This document shows, in pieces, positions 51,800 through 62,561 of a stretch of 64,000 bases of DNA; the first letter of the stretch is position 1; the number at the start of each line of letters is the position of its first letter. The stretch lies in assembly GCA_036676395.1 (NCBI GenBank), contig JAKFCY010000002.1, forward strand, positions 64,001 to 128,000, given 5' to 3'. Source of the DNA: Bdellovibrio sp. (GTDB taxonomy: Bacteria > Bdellovibrionota > Bdellovibrionia > Bdellovibrionales > Bdellovibrionaceae). Under the pieces are notes generated by a model, which saw nothing but the letters and a program-made list of their open reading frames with translations, ran no database searches and was not told the origin of the DNA. Position numbers and translations under genes: made by a program.

Positions 51800-53608
51800 A
51801 TGACGAATAACCCAGAAAAAAACGAAATCAAAACTTTGACTGCTGCTGAACAAGAAGTGTTGGCAAAAGAAGAAGTTCAAAAATTGCTTAAGATGGCTAA
51901 AGATAAAGGCCGCTTAACAATCGAAGAGATCAATGAATCTCTTCCGCAAGAAATTATTGCGGCTAGCGTATTAGATGCATTGATGCAGACGCTTGAAGCT
52001 AACGGTGTGGTTATTACAGAACATACTGAAGCCGCTCGTGAAGACGACAAAGACGAATTCCTGTCTAAAGTTGACGAAGAAGAAGAAGACGAAGAAGAAC
52101 TAAAAGAAGCCGAAGACGTAAAGGGTTCTGACCCAGTACGTTTATACTTACGTAAAATGGGATCTGTTTCATTACTTACACGTGAAGGTGAAGTTGAAAT
52201 TGCCCGTCGTATTGAAAAGGGTGAGCGCGAGATCGTTCGTGCGATGTTAATGTCTCCGTTAGGAACATTCGAGATCATCAATTTAGGTAAACGTTTAGAT
52301 CAAGGCCGTATCAAAGTTAAATCGATCTTTCGTGGTCTTGAAGATGAAGATACTCAGTACGACGAAAAAGAGTACATCGAAAAAATTCATCAATTAATCG
52401 GTATCGTTACAAAATACCAAAAAGACACAGAAAAAGCTTTCACCGCTTTACGCGATGAAAATATCAAACCTGATGTTAAAACTAAAATTTATGAAGAAAC
52501 TCGCGTAATCAACGAAGCGTTGATGGCGAATTTCGAATCAATCAATTTCAACCGTAAAACGATCAACCGCGTTGTTATTAAGTTTAAAAATTTAGTCAAC
52601 CGCATGGGCACTTTACGTCGTCGTATTAAAGACGGTATGGAAAAAACTTTCTCTAAAGACGTAGCGTCTTTAGTTGAACGTTTAAAAGTGATCGAGAATA
52701 ACGAAAAAGAATTAACTAAAACTACTCGTGACACTGGCTTAAGCTACGGTCGTTTCCGTACATACGCTATCCAGGCACAAGAAGCTGAAGTTCGTTTAAA
52801 ACGTCTTCATGAAGACACAGAAATGAACTTTCGCTGGATTCAAGAAACTTACACAGCAATTTGGAAAGGTGAGCGCGAAGCTGACCTTGCGAAATCTGAG
52901 TTAGTTGAAGCCAATCTTCGTCTAGTTGTTTCTATCGCTAAAAAATACACTAACAGAGGCTTACAATTCTTAGATTTAATCCAAGAAGGTAACATCGGTT
53001 TAATGAAAGCCGTTGATAAATTTGAATACCGTCGCGGTTACAAATTTTCGACTTATGCCACTTGGTGGATTCGTCAGGCGATCACGCGCGCCATTGCCGA
53101 TCAGGCCCGTACAATCCGTATTCCAGTTCATATGATCGAGACGATTAATAAACTTGTGCGTACACAACGTTTATTAATCCAAGAGTTAGGCCGTGAAGCG
53201 ACTCCTGAAGAAATCGCAGATCGTATGGATATGCCGGTAGATAAAGTTCGCAAAGTGTTAAAAATTGCGAAAGAGCCAATCAGCTTAGAAACTCCAGTGG
53301 GTGAAGAAGAAGATTCTCACTTAGGGGATTTTATCGAAGATAAAAAAGTGATCAATCCTGCAGAAGCGATTGTGAACTTAAACTTAGCTGAGCAAACTCG
53401 TCGTGTCTTATCAACATTAACTCCACGTGAAGAAAAAGTATTACGTATGCGTTTTGGTATCGGTGAAGAATCAGATCACACTCTTGAAGAGGTTGGTCAG
53501 GATTTCAACGTTACTCGTGAGCGTATCCGTCAGATTGAAGCAAAGGCGTTACGTAAATTACGTCACCCTTCTAGAAGCAATAAACTAAAAACGTTTGTTG
53601 ATAGCTAG
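51800..53608 (+). CDS. rpoD: RNA polymerase primary sigma factor sigma70
   Basis: [44 protein letters not shown]. Confidence 0.98.
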   Translation: MTNNPEKNEIKTLTAAEQEVLAKEEVQKLLKMAKDKGRLTIEEINESLPQEIIAASVLDALMQTLEANGVVITEHTEAAREDDKDEFLSKVDEEEEDEEELKEAEDVKGSDPVRLYLRKMGSVSLLTREGEVEIARRIEKGEREIVRAMLMSPLGTFEIINLGKRLDQGRIKVKSIFRGLEDEDTQYDEKEYIEKIHQLIGIVTKYQKDTEKAFTALRDENIKPDVKTKIYEETRVINEALMANFESINFNRKTINRVVIKFKNLVNRMGTLRRRIKDGMEKTFSKDVASLVERLKVIENNEKELTKTTRDTGLSYGRFRTYAIQAQEAEVRLKRLHEDTEMNFRWIQETYTAIWKGEREADLAKSELVEANLRLVVSIAKKYTNRGLQFLDLIQEGNIGLMKAVDKFEYRRGYKFSTYATWWIRQAITRAIADQARTIRIPVHMIETINKLVRTQRLLIQELGREATPEEIADRMDMPVDKVRKVLKIAKEPISLETPVGEEEDSHLGDFIEDKKVINPAEAIVNLNLAEQTRRVLSTLTPREEKVLRMRFGIGEESDHTLEEVGQDFNVTRERIRQIEAKALRKLRHPSRSNKLKTFVDS

Positions 53609-53650
53609 GTGCGGCCGGTCAGGCGCTAGAAAATCTAAATTAAGTTTACC

Positions 53651-53680
53651 AAATAGGAGATCATTGATCTCCTATTTTTT
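53651..53680 (+). terminator. rpoD terminator
   Basis: AAATAGGAGATC-att-GATCTCCTATTTTTT. Confidence 0.85.
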
Positions 53681-53748
53681 TGTCCTGAATAGTCCCGAAA
53701 AAGCTGGGTGTGAAATTGCAATTCTTGTACGTTATGGAGAACAACACC

Positions 53749-53946
53749 ATGAAATACAAAGATATGATTTCTGAAGAAGATTTTTTTAATGCGCAAATTG
53801 CGCGGCGGTCTTCAAAGTCACCACAGAAAGATAGTCCGGGTGATTCTGCGGCCAATGCAAATGCTGAAGTGAGTTACGGCATTGAATACCAACCGGCAAA
53901 GCGAAAACGTAAAAAAGATATTCCGGCTTTTGATAATAAAGGCTAA
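53749..53946 (+). CDS. Small hypothetical protein
   Basis: 65 aa, GGAG SD, sigma54-like TGGGTGTGAAATTGCA at 53705-53720. Confidence 0.5.
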   Translation: MKYKDMISEEDFFNAQIARRSSKSPQKDSPGDSAANANAEVSYGIEYQPAKRKRKKDIPAFDNKG

Positions 53947-55095
53947 TTGCTTATCAAACATGAGCTTGTTAGGCTTTTAGCAGTGGAAATTTCGGCAATT
54001 CATGTCATCAATAACGATCAGCGAAACGCAAAATCTGTAAATTTTGGCCCGCATTTTTTAAATTTAAGCGGTAAAACGTATTTATACAGCAGTGTGCGGT
54101 TCGAAATCGGTGGCAATAATGATTCAATTCTATTTATTCATCTCAGTGATAAAGAATTGCTATACATCGCTTTAGATCGATCAATGAAAAAGCAACTGCT
54201 GGAAATTGAAACGATCAAATCTCAGTTGCTGCCTTTGTTTAAAGTCAGCGATAAAAACCTGCACATGGATTTAAGTTATATCGCTGTGATTATAGCGATT
54301 ATTGCTTCGATGATTTATTTTCGCGGGCCCATCGCCGGAGCCTTTGCGACGTTGATTCCGGTAAGTATAGAGAAAAAAATCGGCGATAAAGTATTTAAAA
54401 CTAGTGCTACTGACGAATTTAAAAGTGTTAACAATGCTGAACTTAAATTACAGGACTTGTTAAAGCGTATTAAAGGTTATGACCAGAAAAAAATCACAGT
54501 CCATATTTCATCAAAAAAAGAAATGAATGCTTACGCAACTATCGGCGGTCATTTATTTATTAACCGCGGGTTAATTGATGAACTTAAAAAACCAGAAGAT
54601 CTACTGGGCGTCATCGGGCATGAGATGATTCATGCTGAAAAACGGCATGTGATCAAAAGCATTTTTCAAGGCGCGGGATTATTTTTATTAATTCAGACAA
54701 TTTTGGGCGATGTTACTGGGTTAGCTGCGGTCTTGGCCGATAACGGCGATTCTTTATTACAATTATCGTATTCAAGAGACTTAGAAAAAGAAGCCGATCT
54801 TTTAGCGGTTAGAATGCTGTTGGATAGTCAGATAGATCCGACTGGCCTAAAGTCAGCATTGCAAGTTATCGAAGCTGATTACAATAAAACGCTTAAAGAA
54901 ACCGTCGGCGGTGGTGCGATTGAAAAAATTTTGAATCAAAGTTTTTTACGCTCACATCCGCAAACTGAGCAGCGGTGTCTAGATATTCAGAATCAAATTG
55001 ACGAGCTTCGTAAAACTCCTAAATATGAAAACGTTGAGTACATCAGTCTAGAGACAGAATGGACAGCTTTTAAAGCTGCAATGAAAGAGCTCTAG
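53947..55095 (+). CDS. Membrane-anchored M48 metallopeptidase
   Basis: TM helix, NAYATIGG, HEMIH, YSRDLEKEAD, SHP. Confidence 0.88.
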   Translation: MLIKHELVRLLAVEISAIHVINNDQRNAKSVNFGPHFLNLSGKTYLYSSVRFEIGGNNDSILFIHLSDKELLYIALDRSMKKQLLEIETIKSQLLPLFKVSDKNLHMDLSYIAVIIAIIASMIYFRGPIAGAFATLIPVSIEKKIGDKVFKTSATDEFKSVNNAELKLQDLLKRIKGYDQKKITVHISSKKEMNAYATIGGHLFINRGLIDELKKPEDLLGVIGHEMIHAEKRHVIKSIFQGAGLFLLIQTILGDVTGLAAVLADNGDSLLQLSYSRDLEKEADLLAVRMLLDSQIDPTGLKSALQVIEADYNKTLKETVGGGAIEKILNQSFLRSHPQTEQRCLDIQNQIDELRKTPKYENVEYISLETEWTAFKAAMKEL

Positions 55096-55112
55096 CCAGA
55101 AAGCAGGGGCTT

Positions 55113-55778
55113 ATGAATGTTAAAGAAGTCGGATCATCCGCTTTTCAAATCTTAGAGTGTGAATTAAATCCAAATGAAATGATCACGGTCGAATCCGGAG
55201 CCATGGCCAGCCAAGATATTGGCTTAATGCCGACAACAGTTATGAATGGAACATTCTGGCAAGCCCTTGTGCTAAAACTTTTAGGCGGCGAAAGTTTTTT
55301 TATCAATCACTTTCAAAATGTTTCAAGTAAAACTCAAAAAATTCATATCAGTCAAAGTACCCCCGGTGATATTCAAAGTCGCCAGTTAAACGGCGAAGAA
55401 ATCTTTATTGAGACAGGCTCGTTTATCGCGCGCACCGGAGATATTAAAATTAAAACTAAATGGGCCGGATTTAAAAATCTTATTGCCGGTGAAGGTTTAT
55501 TTAAACTTTCGTTTAAAGGGACCGGCACAATTTGGTATGGCTGTTATGGTGCCGTCGTCGAAAAAGAAATCAATGGTACATACATTGTTGATTCAGGACA
55601 TCTGTTGATGTGGCCCCCGACCGTTCAGCTAAAACTAAAACTTGCCGGTGGATTAATTGATAGTTTTCTAAGTAAAGAAGGCTTTGTCTTACAATTAGAG
55701 GGCCAGGGTAAAGTGCAGTTACAAACTCGAAGTGTTAAAGGCCTTGCGCAATGGTTAAATGCGCGTTTTTGGAGATAG
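55113..55778 (+). CDS. AIM24/TIGR00266 family protein
   Basis: ESGAM, GGESFF, GEGLF, VDSGH, EG.V..G.GKV.LQTRS. Confidence 0.9.
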   Translation: MNVKEVGSSAFQILECELNPNEMITVESGAMASQDIGLMPTTVMNGTFWQALVLKLLGGESFFINHFQNVSSKTQKIHISQSTPGDIQSRQLNGEEIFIETGSFIARTGDIKIKTKWAGFKNLIAGEGLFKLSFKGTGTIWYGCYGAVVEKEINGTYIVDSGHLLMWPPTVQLKLKLAGGLIDSFLSKEGFVLQLEGQGKVQLQTRSVKGLAQWLNARFWR

Positions 55779-55780
55779 CC

Positions 55781-56458
55781 ATGAAATTTGAATTAAAATT
55801 CCAACCCTCATCAACGATTGCAATTTGTCACCTAGAGCCGCAAGAGACATTAGTTTCTGAAGGCGGAGCGATGATGGCTCTAAAAGGTGCGGTTTCAGTA
55901 AATACCACCACTCACCAAAAAGGTGGCGGCGGAGTATTATCTGGCGTTAAAAGGTTATTAACCGGTGAAAGCTTTTTTCTGAATCAGTACAAAGCCAGTC
56001 AACCAGCGCAAGTTTGGTTATGCGCTACTTTACCCGGTGATATGTTGGTAAAAAAATTGAACGGCGAAAATTTAGTGATCGCTGGCGGCGCTTTTGTTGC
56101 CTGTGATCATGACGTGCAAATTAATTTAGAATGGCAGGGTATGAAAAGTGTTTTTTCAGGAGAATCACTTTTTTGGATCAAGGCCAAAGGGCATGGCGAA
56201 CTTTTGTTAAATAGTTTTGGTTTTATTTACCCTGTGCAAGTAGACGGTGAATACATCGTCGATACCGGACACATCGTTGCGTTTGAAGAAACGCTGCAAT
56301 TTAATATTTCAAAAGCTTCAAAAAATTGGCTACAGGCTTTTATGAGCGGCGAAGGTTTTATTTGCAGATTTAGTGGTCAAGGTACTGTTTGGTGCCAGTC
56401 GCATAATCCAAGAAGTTATGGCCAAGAATTAACTCCTTATTTGAAAGCCCGTGGTTAA
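55781..56458 (+). CDS. AIM24/TIGR00266 family protein
   Basis: EGGAM, TGESFF, SGESLF, VDTGHIVAF, SGEG. Confidence 0.9.
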   Translation: MKFELKFQPSSTIAICHLEPQETLVSEGGAMMALKGAVSVNTTTHQKGGGGVLSGVKRLLTGESFFLNQYKASQPAQVWLCATLPGDMLVKKLNGENLVIAGGAFVACDHDVQINLEWQGMKSVFSGESLFWIKAKGHGELLLNSFGFIYPVQVDGEYIVDTGHIVAFEETLQFNISKASKNWLQAFMSGEGFICRFSGQGTVWCQSHNPRSYGQELTPYLKARG

Positions 56459-56460
56459 TT

Positions 56461-57123
56461 ATGAAATTTAATATTGAACATAGACCGGATTTTTCGTGGT
56501 TAACTGTTTCGGTTCCTAAAGATAAAACATTGTTTGTTGAAGCCAGCGCTATGGCCAGTATGTCGACAAACATGCAGATGACAACCAAATTTAAAGGTGG
56601 TTTGCGCCGTTTTGTTTCAGGAGAATCACTTTTTTTATCTGAATTTAAAGCTAAGGCAATGGATGGCGAAGTAACAATAGCACCAGGACCGTTTGGTGAT
56701 ATTTCACATTTTGAATTAAAAGGTGAAACAGTATTTCTTTCTTCTAGTTCATATGTGGCTCACACCGAAGGTTTGGTTTATGAAACTAAATTTCAAAATG
56801 TCACAAAGGGATTATTCTCTGGCGCAGGTTGGTTTTTAGTTAAGATGTCGGGCGCAGGGCATGTTTGGTATAACGGCTATGGTGCCTTAACTGAAATCAA
56901 TGTCGAAGACGAAGTGTTGATTGATAATAATCACCTAGTCGCATTTACCACGGGCTTAGAATATGACATGGAAAAACTGGGTAATTATAAATCACTATTT
57001 TTCAGCGGTGAAGGTTTTGTCTGTCGGTTTCGCGGTAAAGGAAAAGTTTACGTGCAAACGAAGAAGCCTTCGGCCTTAGTAAGCTGGGCGCATATCTTTC
57101 GCCCAGTCAGAAAGAATAATTAG
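56461..57123 (+). CDS. AIM24/TIGR00266 family protein
   Basis: EASAM, SGESLF, IDNNHLVAF, SGEGFVCRF.G.GKV.VQT. Confidence 0.9.
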   Translation: MKFNIEHRPDFSWLTVSVPKDKTLFVEASAMASMSTNMQMTTKFKGGLRRFVSGESLFLSEFKAKAMDGEVTIAPGPFGDISHFELKGETVFLSSSSYVAHTEGLVYETKFQNVTKGLFSGAGWFLVKMSGAGHVWYNGYGALTEINVEDEVLIDNNHLVAFTTGLEYDMEKLGNYKSLFFSGEGFVCRFRGKGKVYVQTKKPSALVSWAHIFRPVRKNN

Positions 57124-57127
57124 AAAT

Positions 57128-57874
57128 TTATTTCATCAAACGGCGCAGAATAAAATAGTAGTGATGATACATTGGTTTGGCGCGGTTTGAATCACACATT
57201 AAAGAATGCTTAAGGCAAAATGATTCTGAAGTGATGGTTTCGTATTCATCACCAAGACCTAACATGTGACCGAATTCATGAGCGATAGTTGTCGCTGACC
57301 AATTACGACCCCAGTTCGTGTCATAAGGACCTCGGGTGTCATCCCATAAAATAACTGAGTAATGTGCTTCTTTTGGGTTTGCAACGACTTGAAATTGAAA
57401 ACGATATTTAAAATCTAACGGTACCTGATTGGCGTTCCAGATTTGTTCTGCTTCGGCGAATTTCTTTTTAAAATTTTCTAAGTCTTGTTCTTTAGGGTTA
57501 AGAAAATTTACTTTTACACGTAAAGTGACATCTGTTGAATTCGGTGTGTAGATCAAATCATAGTTATATTTTTTAGGAAAAAATTCGACGTAAGTGATTT
57601 TACCCTGAATGTTTGGCTTTAAATTAAAATGATTACCGCTTAAATGACTTGGCGTTGGGTAATTTTCATAAGTGTCTTTTAAGTGCACATTAAATGACTT
57701 AAAGGCATGGTCAGGTTGAGCTGAACGGTCTTTGGCCGGCATCACCAATTCATAAAGCCAACGGTACTTTTCGGGGTTAACAGATTCGATCGTCTGTTCT
57801 GGGGCAGAGTTGGCAAAAGCTGGATTAAGTAAAAAGGCGACAAATAATGCAAAAAATTTAAGTGAACTCGTCAT
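57128..57874 (-). CDS. Secreted metzincin-type zinc metalloprotease
   Basis: Signal peptide, HEFGHMLGLGDEY, SLM Met-turn. Confidence 0.85.
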   Translation of the reverse strand: MTSSLKFFALFVAFLLNPAFANSAPEQTIESVNPEKYRWLYELVMPAKDRSAQPDHAFKSFNVHLKDTYENYPTPSHLSGNHFNLKPNIQGKITYVEFFPKKYNYDLIYTPNSTDVTLRVKVNFLNPKEQDLENFKKKFAEAEQIWNANQVPLDFKYRFQFQVVANPKEAHYSVILWDDTRGPYDTNWGRNWSATTIAHEFGHMLGLGDEYETITSESFCLKHSLMCDSNRAKPMYHHYYFILRRLMK

Positions 57875-57932
57875 AGCTGCAAGTAAATCGCAAAAGAAGT
57901 GAGCCCTGCAAGCTTTTTATCAGCGTCGTGGA

Positions 57933-57961
57933 TTGATCTCCTATTGGTGTTTTGCTAGGCT
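57933..57961 (+). promoter_or_regulatory. Putative sigma70 promoter of the tRNA
   Basis: TTGATC-N17-TAGGCT. Confidence 0.5.
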
Positions 57962-57991
57962 ATAACTATCGTTTTAATCAAACATTCCGGT

Positions 57992-58068
57992 GGGGGTGTA
58001 GCTTAGTTGGTTAAAGCAATCGGCTCATAACCGATGGATCCGGGGTTCAAGTCCCTGCGCCCCTACCA
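57992..58068 (+). tRNA. tRNA with CAT anticodon, probably tRNA-Ile2 (lysidine)
   Basis: Cloverleaf: acceptor GGGGGTG/CGCCCCT, D-loop AGTTGGTTA, stem ATCGG/CCGAT with loop CTCATAA, TTCAAGT, encoded CCA. Confidence 0.93.
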
Positions 58069-58252
58069 AATTTCATCAGTCTCATTCTGAGATACACGTC
58101 AACCAACTCGAAGATGTTACCAAAAATTGTTACATCGGATTTACTGATTAGGTCATCACCCATATAAACACCTTAGCCGTAAATAAAGCGGTACAAAAAT
58201 AGCAACTCCATTGAGATAGGCCTAAATTATTGGGTCTTGGTTAGGTGGAAAT

Positions 58253-61200
58253 ATGACAAAGACATACATGACACGAGTTTTAGCGTTCTTATTCATTTTT
58301 ACGAATAACGCTGGTGTATTTGCGGCAAGCCGCCAAGAACCGACCTTAAAAAACGGCCTATCAAAGTATTTTACTCTGTCGCCTGAGATTATTGATGTTT
58401 TAACAGAACGCTACAATACAGTCGCTTCAAATATTCAAGATGGATCACCCAACATTCAAAATACAGACAAGCTGCTAACAGAAATATTAAACGGCGCAGA
58501 TCAACAGAAGATAAGTGATTTGGTGATGCCAATTCTAACAAATGGCTCGTTAGACCCTAAGGCATTAGAGACCCAAATTCCACAATTGATTCAAAGAATT
58601 TCGCAAAATTTACCGGCAGAACAAATCAACAGATTAAGGGATCCTCAATTTGCAGAAACGATTAAGCAACAGCTTATTCAAACTGTAACTAAAGCTTTAG
58701 AAGATAAAGGCTTCACTTTAAATCAAACTTCTGGAAAGTACGGACTGACTTTCAATGGGTTTGAAATTAAAGGAATGAAGTTTTCATTAAGTGCAGACCG
58801 TCGATTTATTATCATTGATAATTTTAAGATCACACGCGGAGACACGACGATTACCTCAGACCGTGTAACTATTGATAGATCTCAATTACAAAACGGAAAA
58901 GTCGCCACTTTAGATGCCGTTAATTTAAATGTAAAAAATAAAGACAATAATATCAGTTTTGGTTGGTCTCAGCTAAGTGCTGGGCGTGATTCTCAGTCAA
59001 AAGTTTCAAGTTTAAAAGTGGTTTCTTCTCAGATCAATATCACTGAAAACGGTATGACGAAGTTCGCAACCAAAAAAGGTCCTACGGGGCTTGAGGCTAT
59101 TCATACAAGTATCGAATTGCTGCCATCAAACGGTGTGAAGCTTAGTTTAAACACTGAAGTTGGGTTTGATTTTAATCGTAATCCTTTAGCTCCGCAAAAA
59201 GATCTTCGCGTTGAAACAATGGGTGGTTCATTATTGTCAGCCGAGTTGAATTTAAACTCTCAAGCAGCAAACGTGACTTACAAATTTCAAAACGAAAGTG
59301 ATTTGAAAGTTTTTGATCCCATTCGTGGTCAGAATGTTGTTTTGGCAGGAAATTCTGAAATTAAGGCCATTGAAAATAGATCAACAACAAACGGCCAAAC
59401 AATGACAATTGATTATGTACTTGAAACAGATCAAATACTGGTTGATAGCTACAAAAAAGGTGAAAAAATTGTTATTCAAGGTGCGAGCGTTAATATGCAA
59501 GACAACAAAATCGGTCAATTCACGCAAGGAAACGTAGCCATAGATTATGCCAGCAAAAAAAATAGTCTTAAAGAATATCAGATTTACAATGCTGTTTATC
59601 ACTTTAAAGAAGACGCGACATTAAAGACTGAAAATCTAAAAAGTGATAAAGCCATTTATATCAGCGATAAAGGCACAATCCAAATCGCCGGAAACATAGC
59701 TTTTCAACAAACCACAAACAAAAAAAATGGCGAAAATGCTTCTTATTTATCTGGTGATAAAGTGACTTATTACAAAGAAGATAAATGGACTTCAGTTTTT
59801 TACAATGTGGAAGCAACCACGACAAAATACGCCGATAAAAGTGAAAAAAGTTATTTGACAGCTCATAATGGCGTTCTTAATAGCAACGATACTCAGGTTA
59901 AATTAAACGGTCTTACTCATCTTGTTAAAGAGACGACTGATAATAAGCAAACAACGAAGTACAGCTTAGTCAACGAATCGGTACTAAGCGGCGAACAAGA
60001 TAAAAACGGTCATCGACAATTATTTTCTTTGGCTCATGCCGATATTCAATCTTTAGAAGCCAAAACTTCAAGCTCGAAAGCAACCCATTTTACATTAAAG
60101 GGTGATGATTTTTATTTTGAAGACCAAAGCAAAGGACAAACCATCACTTCAAAAAATATTTCAATTATTTCTAACAAAACAGAAACAACTGACGATACGA
60201 CAGAGAATTATGCGGTTGAATTGGGTGAAACTTTATTAAAAGATTTAAATAAAGGAAAAAACGATTACGTTTTAATTTCTTCAACGGTTTTATATGAAAA
60301 ATCGGCAAAGGCTCAGGAACAAAAAGGCAGTATCTTGGTTAAAGACTTAACCGGAGAAGTCGAAGGTTATAAACTTTCATTTAAAATTAATAAACCAGAA
60401 GATGCTTTGCAAGGAAAGACCGTAGATATTTATTTTAATAAAAGCAAACAGCTTGAGTACTATTCAATTAAGAATGAGCACGGGATTATCGCAGCCGAAA
60501 AAGATGGTAAAAAAATCGTTTGGACGGGCGGATCGATTGATGTTTACAAAGATGGTGAAGTGAAACTATCAAATATCACCGGAACAGAAATGATGGTTTC
60601 GGATGATAAATTTGCCGGACATATTAAAATCGGTCAAGCGTCGGCTTTAGAAACAGCTACCACTCAATCACTTAAAGCCGCGAATGTTTCAGTAGATGGA
60701 AAAAGCAATAAAGGTGAACTTGGAACAATTAGCTTTGGCGATCTTGAAATTTTAAAAGGATCTGGAATCCAAAACTTATCCGCAACGAAGTTTAGTGCAC
60801 TTTTAAGTAAGCTTGATTCGAAAGATAATCAAAGTGTGGCCATCACCAGCGACGGGATCGAAGCTGCTCAAGTCGATGGCGTTTCGCGTGGTATGACGAT
60901 TACGAATGGCGGAATCATTGGAACAGACAATAATAAAGGTCAAAACGTGAAACTTAACTTTTCGAATTTCGCCGGAAGCGAAAATATTGCGGATAAGTCA
61001 AAAGGCTTAACCATCGAACAAGCTAAAATCAGTTTCTCAGAACAATCATCGGCGCAGCAGCTGATCGGAGATCTTACTATCGGAAAAGTAGTTAGCTTTG
61101 CTAACAAAGAAAAAGACACTTCGATTATTGAAATCAGCGACATGAAGCTTTTAGTTGTCGATGCTAATAAAAATACCTCATTAAGCGGTAGTATTGGCTG

Positions 61201-62455
61201 GGCTAAAACATATCGTGATTCTGAAGTGAATTATCTTGAATTGAAAGATTTAAATCAAATCAAAGTCGACGATACGGCTAAGGCTCGCAGTTTACTTTTT
61301 AACGGAAAAAGAATTGCGCATTACAAAAACGAAAATGGCACTGATGTCGTGATCGTTGAACAAGCTCAAATTCAAGCGACAGATCCTAAAGGCACACTTC
61401 AAGTGGATGTAAAAGCTTTAGAATATTTTAGTAATAACAACACCGACTTAAAAGTCATTAAAGAAGCTGATATCAAGGGTCATGTTGTTTACGACGGGCA
61501 AAAAACTGATTTTCAATTGAATGCGAAAAACATTAAATTCGTTAATAATACCTCTACGGATGGTCAAACGACGGTTCGCTACTTCGGTATCGAGCCCACG
61601 GCTGACGACTCACATGTCGAATTAAAAATTGATCACAAGCCAATCACGATCGAATTAAAAGGAAAAAGTGTCGGCGTTCAATTGATCACCGATAAATCAA
61701 TGGCAAGATATACTTTTATCGGTCAATCAAATGGTGGCGACAAATTTAAAATTAAAGCTGGTCCACTCGAAATAAATGGTAAAAATAGAAACGGAAATTC
61801 GCAAGTTCTGTTGAACATGACGGCGATTGGTACTCAGCACCAAGTTTTACTAGAACAAGTGGCTGGTCTAACCAATGAAATGCCGCTTACGAAGAATTTA
61901 TCGTACAATAAAGAAGGTTTTTTAAAATTTCAAGTTTGGATCACAAAATCAACAGCGATCAAAGTGTCATACAGTGGTACGCTGCCAGGACAGGAATCTA
62001 GTAAATTCACTTACAATAATACTGCAAGCTCATTGATCTTATCAGTTGTTCGAAAAATGAAATCCGAAACAAGATACGGAATCGATTTCGGTCTTTTAGG
62101 TGCTTCAGCGGCCGAGATGACCGCAAACGATCGTTGTGCGATGAAACTGTACAATCAGTGTTTGGGTAATCGTATGTTGATCCCCATGACCGCATATGTG
62201 GGTATGAATCGCTGTAAAGTCAAAAACGGTAGAACAGTTTGTACAGATGTAGGCGCGACTTATGATCTAACAACTTCGATGATACAAGACGCCGCCAAAG
62301 ATGCTCCGGGTCGCATGCAGGGTCGAACGGCCGGGGGAGCGAATCTTGTATTAGGTACTTCTTTCGTAACCAAGGGCGGAGTCGCGAACACACTTAGCAT
62401 AACCGCGGGCGAGTTGAATGGATTTTTATATAAGCTTTATGTTCCGTTGAAGTAG
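58253..62455 (+). CDS. Very large exported beta-strand-rich protein of unknown function
   Basis: 1400 aa, signal peptide (VFA|A), short helical N-domain, then about 1200 aa of short amphipathic beta-strands. Confidence 0.8.
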   Translation: MTKTYMTRVLAFLFIFTNNAGVFAASRQEPTLKNGLSKYFTLSPEIIDVLTERYNTVASNIQDGSPNIQNTDKLLTEILNGADQQKISDLVMPILTNGSLDPKALETQIPQLIQRISQNLPAEQINRLRDPQFAETIKQQLIQTVTKALEDKGFTLNQTSGKYGLTFNGFEIKGMKFSLSADRRFIIIDNFKITRGDTTITSDRVTIDRSQLQNGKVATLDAVNLNVKNKDNNISFGWSQLSAGRDSQSKVSSLKVVSSQINITENGMTKFATKKGPTGLEAIHTSIELLPSNGVKLSLNTEVGFDFNRNPLAPQKDLRVETMGGSLLSAELNLNSQAANVTYKFQNESDLKVFDPIRGQNVVLAGNSEIKAIENRSTTNGQTMTIDYVLETDQILVDSYKKGEKIVIQGASVNMQDNKIGQFTQGNVAIDYASKKNSLKEYQIYNAVYHFKEDATLKTENLKSDKAIYISDKGTIQIAGNIAFQQTTNKKNGENASYLSGDKVTYYKEDKWTSVFYNVEATTTKYADKSEKSYLTAHNGVLNSNDTQVKLNGLTHLVKETTDNKQTTKYSLVNESVLSGEQDKNGHRQLFSLAHADIQSLEAKTSSSKATHFTLKGDDFYFEDQSKGQTITSKNISIISNKTETTDDTTENYAVELGETLLKDLNKGKNDYVLISSTVLYEKSAKAQEQKGSILVKDLTGEVEGYKLSFKINKPEDALQGKTVDIYFNKSKQLEYYSIKNEHGIIAAEKDGKKIVWTGGSIDVYKDGEVKLSNITGTEMMVSDDKFAGHIKIGQASALETATTQSLKAANVSVDGKSNKGELGTISFGDLEILKGSGIQNLSATKFSALLSKLDSKDNQSVAITSDGIEAAQVDGVSRGMTITNGGIIGTDNNKGQNVKLNFSNFAGSENIADKSKGLTIEQAKISFSEQSSAQQLIGDLTIGKVVSFANKEKDTSIIEISDMKLLVVDANKNTSLSGSIGWAKTYRDSEVNYLELKDLNQIKVDDTAKARSLLFNGKRIAHYKNENGTDVVIVEQAQIQATDPKGTLQVDVKALEYFSNNNTDLKVIKEADIKGHVVYDGQKTDFQLNAKNIKFVNNTSTDGQTTVRYFGIEPTADDSHVELKIDHKPITIELKGKSVGVQLITDKSMARYTFIGQSNGGDKFKIKAGPLEINGKNRNGNSQVLLNMTAIGTQHQVLLEQVAGLTNEMPLTKNLSYNKEGFLKFQVWITKSTAIKVSYSGTLPGQESSKFTYNNTASSLILSVVRKMKSETRYGIDFGLLGASAAEMTANDRCAMKLYNQCLGNRMLIPMTAYVGMNRCKVKNGRTVCTDVGATYDLTTSMIQDAAKDAPGRMQGRTAGGANLVLGTSFVTKGGVANTLSITAGELNGFLYKLYVPLK

Positions 62456-62561
62456 GAGCCTGTAAATAAACCTGGCAGGCTAGCTTACATTTGTTGTAAG
62501 TCCAATTAAATATTAAGCCATCTGCCTACCATTTTTTAAATACGTAGTCTATACTTCTTAA

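Noticed and set aside
57885..57910. Possible sigma54 promoter for the zinc protease
   Set aside because: GG-to-GC spacing is 12 rather than 10
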